DNA from: Myxococcota bacterium
GTDB taxonomy: Bacteria; Myxococcota_A; UBA9160; UBA4427
Length of the DNA: 64,000 nt
NCBI GenBank assembly: GCA_041389425.1
Contig: JAWKRX010000021.1
Span: forward strand, 16,075 to 80,074
Direction of reading: 5' to 3'
Shown: piece after piece, positions 52,582 through 61,600 of the stretch
Layout of the letters: each line of letters opens with the position of its first letter
Numbering within the stretch: the stretch's first letter is position 1
Translations under genes and position numbers: made by a program
The notes under the pieces: model-generated
The model's database searches: none
Seen by the model: only the letters and a program-made list of their open reading frames with translations
Told to the model about the DNA's origin: nothing

Positions 52582-53631
52582 TCAGCCCTGGGACTGGGCC
52601 TGCGATTGCGTCCGGGTCTGCCGGCGCGCCGCCGCACGATCGTTCGCGTGGACGCGCGCGCGCAGGGACTCGATCGATGGCGCGAGGAACTCTTCGTGGA
52701 TGGCGTCGCAGAGGATGGCGGTCTCGTCGACGACCCAGGTCGCCACGCGATGGATGCCCTGGCGCCGGACTTCGTCGATGTCGAGCTGGAGCACCGAGCC
52801 GCGGAAGCGCTCGAGCGATTCCCAGGCCGGGCTGCGCCCGTTCGAATCGCTGCTCTGCCGCAGCCGCTCGAGCAGCCCGCGCACGCGGTCGAGGTTGTGG
52901 AGGACCGAGCGCGGGAAGGTCCGCTCGAAGAGCAGGAACTCGGTGACGGCGGCGCCCGAGAGGACGTTCGACGCGCGCTTGAAGAAGGGCTCGTAGGCCG
53001 AGCAGGAGCGCAGAATCGCGAGCCAGCGCGCCGCCATCGCGGCGGACTCCTCTTCGACCGCGGAGGATTCGGCGAGCGCGTGGTGCCGCACGTCGAGGAT
53101 GCGGGCCGTCTGTCCGACGCGCTCGAGCGCGCGGCCGAGCTTCATGAAGGTGAAGGGATCCTCGTGGAGCATCGTGCTGTAGCAGATGCCGTGGAACATC
53201 ATGCAATCGGAGCTCAGCCGCTCGTAGAACGCGTCGCGCTGGCGATCGAACAGGCGCTTGGCCGAGCGGCTCGTCAGCCAGAGCCACGACTGATTGACCG
53301 CCTCCCACATCTCGACACTCATGACCTCGCGGATCGTCCGCGCGTTCTCGCGCACGGCGCGCATCGAGCTGTAGATCGAGGCGGGATGCCGATCGTCCCA
53401 GACGAGGTAGCTCTGGACGATCTCCGCATCCTCCATGCTCGCGGCACCGATCCGATCGAGGAAGTCCTGCTCCTGTCCGACCACGATCACGAGCGGTCGC
53501 CAATGCTCCGAGCCGTCCGAGCCGACGTCGAGGCTGAAGCTCGCCGTCACGTCGAGCAGCCGCGCCCAGGTATCGACGCGCTCGAGATAGCGCGTGAGCC
53601 AGAAGCAGGAGTCGGCGACGCGCGAGATCAT
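52582..53631 (-). CDS. Alpha-E domain protein
   Basis: Start ATG at 53631. '[28 protein letters not shown]' is the canonical alpha-E N-terminus. '[19 protein letters not shown]' is the second helical repeat. The start overlaps the ATP-grasp stop (ATGA 53628-53631). Confidence 0.9.
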   Translation of the reverse strand: MISRVADSCFWLTRYLERVDTWARLLDVTASFSLDVGSDGSEHWRPLVIVVGQEQDFLDRIGAASMEDAEIVQSYLVWDDRHPASIYSSMRAVRENARTIREVMSVEMWEAVNQSWLWLTSRSAKRLFDRQRDAFYERLSSDCMMFHGICYSTMLHEDPFTFMKLGRALERVGQTARILDVRHHALAESSAVEEESAAMAARWLAILRSCSAYEPFFKRASNVLSGAAVTEFLLFERTFPRSVLHNLDRVRGLLERLRQSSDSNGRSPAWESLERFRGSVLQLDIDEVRRQGIHRVATWVVDETAILCDAIHEEFLAPSIESLRARVHANDRAAARRQTRTQSQAQSQG

Positions 53632-55109
53632 TTCTTCTTCTCTCCCACGACCCAGGTATCCTTCGAGCCGCCACCCTGACTCGAGTTGACGACGTAGGAG
53701 CCCTTGCGCAGGGCGACGCGCGTCAATCCGCCCGGCAGGACCCAGCTGCGATCGCCCGTGACGATGAAGGGCCGCAGATCGACCCGCCGCGGCTCGACGC
53801 CCTTCGGTGTCCAGGTCGGGCAGCTCGAGAGCTCGATCCGGCTCTGCGCGATGTAGTTGCGCGGATCGGCGGCGACGCGCTGCTTGAAGTCGGCGAGCTC
53901 CGCGCGCGTCGCGCTCGGGCCCATCAGCATGCCGTAGCCGCCGGCCTCGTTGACGGGCTTCACGACCAGCTCCGCGAGGTGATCGAGGACGTAGCGGCAA
54001 TCGTCCGGCCGCGCACAGACCCAGGTATCCACCTGCGCGAGCAGCGGCTCCTCCGAGAGATAGAAGCGGATCATGTCGGGCACGAAGGGATAGACGCCCT
54101 TGTCGTCGGCGACGCCGTTGCCGACCGCGTTCACGATCGCGACGTTGCCCGCGGCCCAGGCGTCGATCAGCCCGGGCACGCCGAGCATGCTGTCGGCCCG
54201 GAAGACGTCGGGATCGAGGAAATCGTCGTCGATCCGCCGGTAGATCACGTCGATCGGCGCGGGCCCCTGGGTCGTCTTCGCGAAGACGCGCCGGCGCTCG
54301 ACGAACAGATCGCTGCCCTGGACCAGCTCGCAGCCGATGCGGCGCGCGAGATAGCTGTGTTCGAAGTAGGCGGAGTTGAAGGCGCCCGGCGTCAGCACCA
54401 CCATGCGCTTCGTGCCGCCGGCGCCCGGGGCGACCGCGTTCATCGCCTCGCGCAGCTTGTGCGGATAGCTCTCGACCGCCTCCACCCGGACGTTGCGGAA
54501 GATCGCGGGGTAGGTCTTCTTCATCGTCTCGCGATTCTCGAGCACGTACGAGACGCCCGACGGGACGCGCACGTTGTCCTCGAGCACGCGGAAGCGCCCC
54601 GCTCCGTCGCGGATCAGATCGACGCCCGCGATGTGGATCCAGACGTCCTTCGGCGGCCGGATGCCCTTCAGCTGCGGCCGGTAGCCCTTCGAGCCCTCGA
54701 CGAGATGGCGCGGGATCACGTCTTCCTGGAGGATGCGCTGGTCGCCGTAGACGTCGGCGAGGAAGCAGTTCAGCGCCTTGATGCGCTGGACGAGCCCGGC
54801 TTCGATGCCCCGCCATTCCCGCGCGGCGACCACGCGCGGGATGAGGTCGAAGGGGAAGATGCGCTCGGTGCTCGAGTTGCCCTCGTAGAGGGTGAACGTG
54901 ATGCCGCCTCGGAGGAAGGTCGCGTCGGCGAGGCTCTGGAGGTGCCGGAAGTCGCGGCGCGTCAGCTCGTTGAGGCGGTCGACGACGGCGGCGACGGCGG
55001 AATGGGGCTTGCCGTCCGACTCGAAGAATTCGTCGTAGGTGCCCTCGAGGCGCTGGTAGCCGTCGAAGATCGCCTTGCCCACGCCACCTCTCGTCGGTGT
55101 CTGCGCCAT
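53628..55109 (-). CDS. Circularly permuted ATP-grasp (type 2) amidoligase-like protein
   Basis: 493 aa. '[10 protein letters not shown]', '[35 protein letters not shown]', '[18 protein letters not shown]' and 'VDLRPF' are typical of the DUF404/DUF407 CP-ATP-grasp family. Confidence 0.9.
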   Translation of the reverse strand: MAQTPTRGGVGKAIFDGYQRLEGTYDEFFESDGKPHSAVAAVVDRLNELTRRDFRHLQSLADATFLRGGITFTLYEGNSSTERIFPFDLIPRVVAAREWRGIEAGLVQRIKALNCFLADVYGDQRILQEDVIPRHLVEGSKGYRPQLKGIRPPKDVWIHIAGVDLIRDGAGRFRVLEDNVRVPSGVSYVLENRETMKKTYPAIFRNVRVEAVESYPHKLREAMNAVAPGAGGTKRMVVLTPGAFNSAYFEHSYLARRIGCELVQGSDLFVERRRVFAKTTQGPAPIDVIYRRIDDDFLDPDVFRADSMLGVPGLIDAWAAGNVAIVNAVGNGVADDKGVYPFVPDMIRFYLSEEPLLAQVDTWVCARPDDCRYVLDHLAELVVKPVNEAGGYGMLMGPSATRAELADFKQRVAADPRNYIAQSRIELSSCPTWTPKGVEPRRVDLRPFIVTGDRSWVLPGGLTRVALRKGSYVVNSSQGGGSKDTWVVGEKKK

Positions 55110-55244
55110 CTCCCGAGATTAACGGGAGTCCCCGAATTTCGCGCCGACAGCAGCTCTTCGTGGCATCCCCGCTCGCGCAGCGGACGGCACGAATGGGCCG
55201 GATCCGGCCGGTCGGCCGGCGGGCGCGGGATTCGATACGCTGCG

Positions 55245-57119
55245 TTGATCGTGGATGGATCCCCCTTCTCGCTGCACGAACAATTCGCGCTTTCCTTCGA
55301 CGGAAGGGCATCGCCCGCGGTCTCCTTGAGGGGCGAGGCGGAGGATCAGCCGCACCTGCTGCCCTCGACCTGGGGCTTCGGCTGGTATCCCGACAACCAG
55401 CGGGCGGCCGCCGTCCTGGGCGACGTCGGGCGTGTCCAGCCCCTGCCCCGGCCCGGATTCCGGGAGCGCCCGGAAGAGATCGTCTCGAGCCTGTTCCTCG
55501 GGCATACCCACGGCCTGCATCAGGCCTCCGGTGTCGACGAGCCCCAGCCCTGGGTCAAGTCCTATGCCGCACGCCAATGGCTGTTCTCGAGCGCGGGCGA
55601 GCTCTCGCCGGACCTGCGCACGGTGCTCTCCCTCGACGAGCAGTTCGACATCGCACCGGTCGGCCCCTCGCCCGCCGAGCACGCCTTCAGCTGGATCGTC
55701 GCCGCCATCCGGAGCGAGGGCTGCCGGACGATCGAGGAATTCGGCTGGCCCCGGCTGCAGGCGCTGCTGCTCCGGCTGAACGAGTTCGGTACCGCGAGCT
55801 TTCTGCTCTCCGACGGCATCGACCTCGTCGCCTACCGCGATCTGCACGAACGCGCGCCGCTCCACTGGGCACGCATGACGCCGCCCCATGCGACGACGCG
55901 CCTCGACGGACGCACCTTCACGATCGATTTCGACGGGCCGCTCGACGTCTCGCGCACGCTGCTGGCGATCTCGACCTATCCGATGCGGGGGGCGCAGTGG
56001 ACGCCCATGGAGCTCGGCGAGCTGCGCGTCGCGCGCCGCGGCGCCTTCGTCTGGAGCAGCCATCCGAACGGCATCGAAGAGCAGGTCTTCTCCTTCCTGC
56101 GCCTCTCGCCGCCCCGCAGCCGGCAGGCCTCTTATTCGCCCTATCCCCACGCGACCGCCGAGCAGCAGCAGCTCGCGACCGCGAACCCGCCCGTGGCTCC
56201 GCAGCCGCGCTCCGCTCCCGAAATCGCGACGCTCTCCGTCGTTCACGAGACCATCTACCGCTATTCGATGCCCGTCGAACGCAGCAGCCACCGATTCTGC
56301 CTCCGCCCCGTGCGCGACGACCGCCAGGAGGTCCTCGAGCATTCCCTCGCCGTCTCGATCGACGGCCTCTGGCGCGACTTCGAGGACGTCTTCGGCAATC
56401 GCGCGACGCTGCTCGAAGTCTCTGTGCCCTTCCAGGAGATGCGCATCGAGAGCCGCTCGACGCTGCGGGTCGCGGGCGTGCACGCCTCGCAGTTGAAGAG
56501 CCCCCTCCGCAACCAGCAGATCCCGCTGGTCTGGATGCCCTGGCAGCGGCAGATGATGCAGGCCTACCTGATGCCGCCGGAGCTCCCGGAGCCCGAGCTG
56601 CGCGAGCTCTCCGAGTTCGCGATGAGCTTCGTCGTCCGCAACGACTACGACCTCGTCGAGACCCTGCTCGACATGAATCGCACGATCTACCGCGACTTCG
56701 TCTACGTCCCCGGATCGACGAACATCGAGACGACGCCCTTCCAGGTCTACGCCCAGCGGCGCGGCGTCTGCCAGGATTTCGCGAACGTGATGATCTGCCT
56801 GGCCCGGCTGCTCGGCGTCCCGGCCCGCTACCGCGTCGGATACATCTACACCGGCGCGAGCTACGAGAACCAGATCCAGTCGGATGCGTCGCACGCCTGG
56901 GCGGAGGTGTACCTGCCGTGGACGGGCTGGTTCGGATTCGATCCGACCAACGGCTGCCTCGCCGGCTCCGACCACGTCCGCACCGCCTGCGGCCGCCAGT
57001 TCCGCGACGCGGCGCCGACGACGGGGACGATCTATCGCGGGGGTGGCAGCGAGACCCTCGAAGTGAAGGTTCGCGTCGAGCGCCTCGACGGGTACGACGT
57101 GCCTTTGCGCGGGGTCTAG
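55245..57119 (+). CDS. Fusion protein: degenerate class-II glutamine amidotransferase (Ntn, YafJ-like) domain plus Bact_transglu_N/transglutaminase-core cysteine peptidase domain
   Basis: The N-terminal half follows YafJ-type GATase blocks with catalytic positions replaced ('(M)IVDG' where MC is expected; 'WLFSSAGEL' for 'W.FaHNG'; 'GPSPAEHAF' for 'G.TDSE.F'). The C-terminal half has 'LSVVHETIYRYS', 'RGVCQDFANVMICLARLLGVPARYRVGY' and 'HAWAEVYLPWTGWFGFDPTN'. TTG 55245 is chosen as start (GTG 55251 is the alternative). Confidence 0.85.
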   Translation: MIVDGSPFSLHEQFALSFDGRASPAVSLRGEAEDQPHLLPSTWGFGWYPDNQRAAAVLGDVGRVQPLPRPGFRERPEEIVSSLFLGHTHGLHQASGVDEPQPWVKSYAARQWLFSSAGELSPDLRTVLSLDEQFDIAPVGPSPAEHAFSWIVAAIRSEGCRTIEEFGWPRLQALLLRLNEFGTASFLLSDGIDLVAYRDLHERAPLHWARMTPPHATTRLDGRTFTIDFDGPLDVSRTLLAISTYPMRGAQWTPMELGELRVARRGAFVWSSHPNGIEEQVFSFLRLSPPRSRQASYSPYPHATAEQQQLATANPPVAPQPRSAPEIATLSVVHETIYRYSMPVERSSHRFCLRPVRDDRQEVLEHSLAVSIDGLWRDFEDVFGNRATLLEVSVPFQEMRIESRSTLRVAGVHASQLKSPLRNQQIPLVWMPWQRQMMQAYLMPPELPEPELRELSEFAMSFVVRNDYDLVETLLDMNRTIYRDFVYVPGSTNIETTPFQVYAQRRGVCQDFANVMICLARLLGVPARYRVGYIYTGASYENQIQSDASHAWAEVYLPWTGWFGFDPTNGCLAGSDHVRTACGRQFRDAAPTTGTIYRGGGSETLEVKVRVERLDGYDVPLRGV

Positions 57120-57152
57120 CTCGGGCGGGCGCCTCTTCTGATCTCACAAGAC

Positions 57153-57297
57153 GCGCGCGGCGCGGGGCATCGGATGCGGATGGCTCGCCCTTGGCACGGC
57201 CGGCGTCGCTTCTCGGAAGGAGCTGCCTCGGCCATCGCCGAGCAGTGGCGAGCTTCGGCTGCGCTTTACTCCGCATCCGATGCCCCGCGCCGCGCGC
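57153..57297. repeat. Palindromic repeat element, copy A (28-bp perfect stem closing an 89-nt conserved core)
   Basis: 57153-57180 'gcgcgcggcgcggggcatcggatgcgga' is the exact reverse complement of 57270-57297. The core 57181-57269 is about 89% identical (79/89, manual alignment) to the reverse complement of 57611-57699. Confidence 0.85.
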
Positions 57298-57540
57298 TCG
57301 CCTGGGTGCTGGAGCTGCGAAGCGGCGAGCCAGTTCCGGTCGACGAGGCGAAGGCGGACGACGAGGCGCTCGCCGCTCCGAAGAGGGGGGTCTTCCGCGC
57401 GACCGCCTCGACCGATCCACTCGCCCGAATCCGCACGATCGGCGACAAGCGGACGATCCCATTCGATCCGAAGGCGCGTCGCTCTCTCGCGGAATAACAC
57501 CACGGCATGGCGCCACCCGATCCCGAGCGATCGTGCCTGC

Positions 57541-57771
57541 CCCGTCCCCCGCCCCGGCACGCCCCGTCCTCGCACCCCGCGAGCGCCCGGCGCGAGAGGG
57601 GGGATGCGAAGTCAAGCGCAGCCGAAGGTCGCCGCTGCTAGACGAACGCCGAGGCAGCTCCATCCGAGAAGCGACGATGGCCGTGCCAAGGGCGAGCCAT
57701 TCGCATCCCCCCTCTCGCGCCGGGCGCGCCTTGTACCGCGACTCGAGGCGCGTGCCGGGGCGGGGGACGGG
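57541..57771. repeat. Palindromic repeat element, copy B (inverted relative to A) with an additional outer stem
   Basis: The inner stem pairs 57586-57610 with 57700-57724 (25/25). The outer stem pairs 57541-57562 'cccgtcccccgccccggcacgc' with 57750-57771 (22/22). The right outer arm abuts the Anbu stop codon (57772-57774). Confidence 0.85.
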
Positions 57772-58572
57772 TCAGGCGTGATCCGGCCCCGTGGTGAAGT
57801 TGGCGGAAGGATCCGTCGCCGCACCCACCGTCGCGTCCTCGCTCGACTTCGGGAGGGGCTCGAGCCGCCCGAAGATCTCGACGAAGCTCTTCTGCCAGGT
57901 TTCCCGGAGCCTCTGGTAGTAGGCGGTCTCGGCGCCGATCCGGACCTGCGACGAGAGCGCGAAGGTATCGGCCGCGTAGGTCGCGAAGTCGAACGGGAGG
58001 CCGACGGTGATGTTCGATCGGATCGTCGCGTCGAGCGAGACGAGGGCGAGCTTCGCGGCGTCGCCGAGGGCGAGAGAGTGATGGACCAGGCGATCGAGGA
58101 TCGGCTTGCCGTATTTGGTCTCGCCGATCTGGAGGTAGGGCGTCTCGTCGGAGACGCCGATGTAGTTGCCCTGCGGATAGATGAGGAAGATGTCGGGGGC
58201 GCGGCCGCGGATCTGGCCGCCGAGGATCAGCGTGACCTCGCCCATCACGTTGCTGCGGACGAAGGCGGCGCCGTGACGCTCCTGGATCTGGCAGGACAAG
58301 CGGCCGACGTATTGTGCCGCCTCGAACAGGTAGGAGACGGAGAGCAGCGACTCGCCGCTCGGCGCGCGGTCGAGGTCGCGGCCGATCTCGTCGATCAGCT
58401 CGCGCGTCGTCGCGAGGTTGCCGGCCGCGAGCAGCACGAAGACGCGATCGTCCGCGGGACGGAAGACGTGCATCTTCCGATAGCTCGTGACGTAGTCGAC
58501 GCCCGCGTTCGTGCGGGTATCCGCGGCGAAGACGATGCCTTCGTCGACGCGGATCGCCAGGCAATAGGTCAT
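57772..58572 (-). CDS. Anbu-type proteasome beta-subunit homolog (Ntn peptidase)
   Basis: Start ATG at 58572. 'MTYCLAIRVDEGIVFAADTRTNAGVDYVTSYRKMHVF' has Thr right after Met, Asp 16 residues after the Thr and Lys 31 residues after it. This is close to the Thr1/Asp17/Lys33 spacing of proteasome beta subunits. There is no propeptide. Confidence 0.9.
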   Translation of the reverse strand: MTYCLAIRVDEGIVFAADTRTNAGVDYVTSYRKMHVFRPADDRVFVLLAAGNLATTRELIDEIGRDLDRAPSGESLLSVSYLFEAAQYVGRLSCQIQERHGAAFVRSNVMGEVTLILGGQIRGRAPDIFLIYPQGNYIGVSDETPYLQIGETKYGKPILDRLVHHSLALGDAAKLALVSLDATIRSNITVGLPFDFATYAADTFALSSQVRIGAETAYYQRLRETWQKSFVEIFGRLEPLPKSSEDATVGAATDPSANFTTGPDHA

Positions 58573-58660
58573 TCGAGAAGCTCCAGGCCGCGCCGAATCG
58601 ACTCGAGACCCGACGAGGGGCGCGGACCGGACCCCGACCAGGCGGCGGGGGTCGCCCGCT

Positions 58661-61600
58661 TCATCCCCACGGATGACGCGGCGAGGCCCAGCGCAGATCG
58701 AGGATATGCGGGAAATGCGGATGCGGCTCGACCGGAACCGGCCGGAACGAGCCCTGCATGTGCCCGCGATGCTCGAAGCGCGCGAGACGACGGCTCTCGG
58801 CGGCCGCGGCGTTGATCGGGCGGACCTCGGAAGCCCGGCCACCGGGATGGACGACGTGGTACGTACAGCCGGCGACGCTCCGCTCGTTCCAGACGTCGTA
58901 GAGATCGACGTGCAGCGGCGAATGGATGGGGATGCGCGGATGCAGACAATGGGGCGGCTGCCAGGCGCGGTAGCGGATGCCGGCGACGAACTCGCCGTTG
59001 GTCCCGGTCGGCCGCATCGGCACCTCGAAGCCGTTGCAGAGCACCTTGTAGCGCTCGCTCGCGAAGCCGAAGACCTTGACCTGCAGCCGCTCGACGGAGG
59101 AGTCGACGTAGCGCGCCTGCCCGGTCGAGGTCGACTCCTCGCCGAGCACGTGCCAGGGCTCGAGGGCGCCGCGCAGCTCGAGGCGCATCGTGTCGAGGGT
59201 GATCTCGCCGTAGTACGGGAAGCGGAACTCGAAATGCGGCTCGAACCAGCGCCGGTCGAACGCGTAGCCGGACTGGCCGAGCTCCGAGAGCACGTCGTCG
59301 AGATCGTGCTCGACCCAATGGGGCAGCATGAACTGGTCGTGCAGCGCCGTGCGCCATTTGATGAGCCTTCGCTCGTCGGGCGTCTTCCAGAAGCGCGCGA
59401 GCAGCGCGCGGACCAGCAGCTGCTGGACGCTGCTCATGCGCTCGTGGGGCGGCATCTCGAAGGCGCGCAGCTCGAGCAGGCCGAGACGCCCGGTCGGCCC
59501 GTCGGGCGAATAGAGCTTGTCGATGCAGAACTCGGAGCGATGGGTGTTCCCGGTCATGTCGACGAGGATGTTGCGGAGGACGCGGTCGACGACCCAGGGC
59601 GGCGCGGATTCGTTCGCCCGCGGCAGCTGCGCGAGGGCGAGCTCGAGCTCGTAGGCGGAGTCGTCGCGGGCCTCGTCGACGCGGGGCGCCTGGGAGGTCG
59701 GGCCGATGAAGCGGCCCGAGAAGAGGAACGAGAGCGCGGGGTGGTTGTGCCAGTAGCGAAGGAAGCTGCCGAGCACGTCGGGGCGGCGCAGGAACGGGCT
59801 CTGCTCCGGCGTGAGGCCACCGAGCACGACGTGATTGCCGCCGCCCGATCCGACATGGGCCCCGTCGATCTCGAACTTCTCCGCGATCAGGCGCTCGCGG
59901 CGCGTCGCGTCGTAGAGCTCTTCGTTCTGCCGCACCGCCTCGCGCCAGGACGTCGTCGGCGGGACGTTGACCTCGATGACACCGGGATCCGGCGTGATCC
60001 GGAAATCGCGCAGGCGCGGATCGCGCGGCGGCGGATAGCCCTCGAGCTGGACGGGCAGGCCCGTCTCGCGGGCCGTCGCCTCGATCGCGGCGACCAGCTC
60101 GACCCAGGGCTCGAGCTCGAAGAGCGGCGGCAGGAAGACCTTCAGCTGGCCGCCGCGCGGCTCGACGCAGAGCGCGGTCCGCACGATGCCGGGCGCCGAT
60201 ACGCCGCGGAGCGGCCGGGCGTCCGGCGAAACGTCCATGAGCGGGCGAGCGCCCTCGCCCGGCGTCGGATCACCGCCGACGAGCCCGGCGATTCCGGCGC
60301 GCTCCTTCGACTGCGGCCGGAGATCCGCGGGCTCGGCGCGCCGCCGGAGGGGGAAGACGAACTCGCTCGGGAGCGGTGCCCGGGGAGCCGCGGGATCGAC
60401 CTGGAATTCGAGCGGGAGATCGCCCGTCGCCGCCCAGGGCAGCGAGTCCATCGGCAGCCGGAAGCCCATCGGCGAGTCGCCGGGCATCAAATAACAGCGC
60501 TCGGCACGCAGGAACCAGTCGCCGTTGACCCAGCCGCTCCGCCAGGCGAGCGGCAGGACCCAGCCCACGATCCGGTCGAGGCCCCGATCGAAGATGCGAC
60601 CGAGGCGCGCGCGTTCGGTCTCGTCCGAGAGCTTCGCATCGAACGGATCGACGTTGGTCGGCAGGCGCCGCTCGCGCCAGAGGTAGTACCAGGCGTCCTC
60701 GTAGGCGTCGATCAGGCGCGGGCGCTGCAGGCCGAGGCGATCCGCCAGGCGCGCCGCGAAGCGCTTCGCGTCGGCCTCGTCGTGGCCGTAGTCGCGATCC
60801 GAGTCGGCGATGAGCGCCGGATCGCGCCAGAGCGGAAGCCCGTCCGCGCGCCAGTAGCAGGCGAAGGCCCAGCGCGGCAGCTGCTCGCCCGGATACCACT
60901 TCCCCTGGCCGTGCTGGACGACACCACCGGGCGCCCAGAGCTTCATCAGGCGCCGCGTCAATCGATCGGCGATCTCCTCCTTGCGGCCCCCGAGCGCCGC
61001 GACGTTCCATTCGGGCTCGTCGGGCTCTTCGGCGCTCACGAAGGTCGGCTCGCCTCCGACGCTGAGCTGTACGCCGGCCGCTCGCAGCTCTTCGTCGACG
61101 CGATCGCCGAGGGCGAGGACCGCGGCCCACTCCGCCTCGCCGTAGGGCTTCGTGACGCGCGCCCGATCGACGACGCGCGTCACGCTCATCTCGAAGTCGA
61201 ACTCGCATTCGACCTTCTCGACCGCGCCCGTGATCGGCGCGGCGCTGATCGGATTGGGCGTCGCCGCGAGCGGGATGTGGCCCTCGGCGGCGAGCAGGCC
61301 GGAGGTCGGATCGAGGCCGATCCAGCCGGCGCCCGGGACATAACATTCGCACCAGGCATGGAGATCGGTGAAGTCGCTCGCCGGCCCCGGCGGGCCCTCG
61401 AGCGGCTTCTGGTCGGGCATCAGCTGGATCAGATAGCCGGACACGAAACGGGCGGCGATGCCGAGGCGGCGCAGGACCTGAACCAGCAGCCAGGCCGAAT
61501 CGCGACAGGATCCGCGGCCGAGCTCGAGCGTCTCGGCGGGCGTCTGCACGCCTGGATCCATGCGCACCACGTATTCGACGGCGGCGGTGATCGCGCGATT

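Noticed and set aside
57174-57305. The ATG 57174 start of the 107-aa track ORF (MRMARPWHGRRRFSEGAAS...).
   Set aside because: This part lies inside palindromic repeat A. The same peptide appears from copy B on the other strand, so it reflects the repeat and not coding. Only the unique downstream part (57306-57497) is kept, as a low-confidence candidate.
57153-57771. Considered whether the repeated ~145-bp units could be a CRISPR array or a duplicated small gene. The translations share 'VKRSR.SPLL...REAT.AVPRASH.HP'.
   Set aside because: There are only two copies, in inverted orientation. Each is an internal palindrome far longer than CRISPR repeats. The apparent peptide conservation follows from DNA identity read in Arg/Ser/Pro-rich frames.
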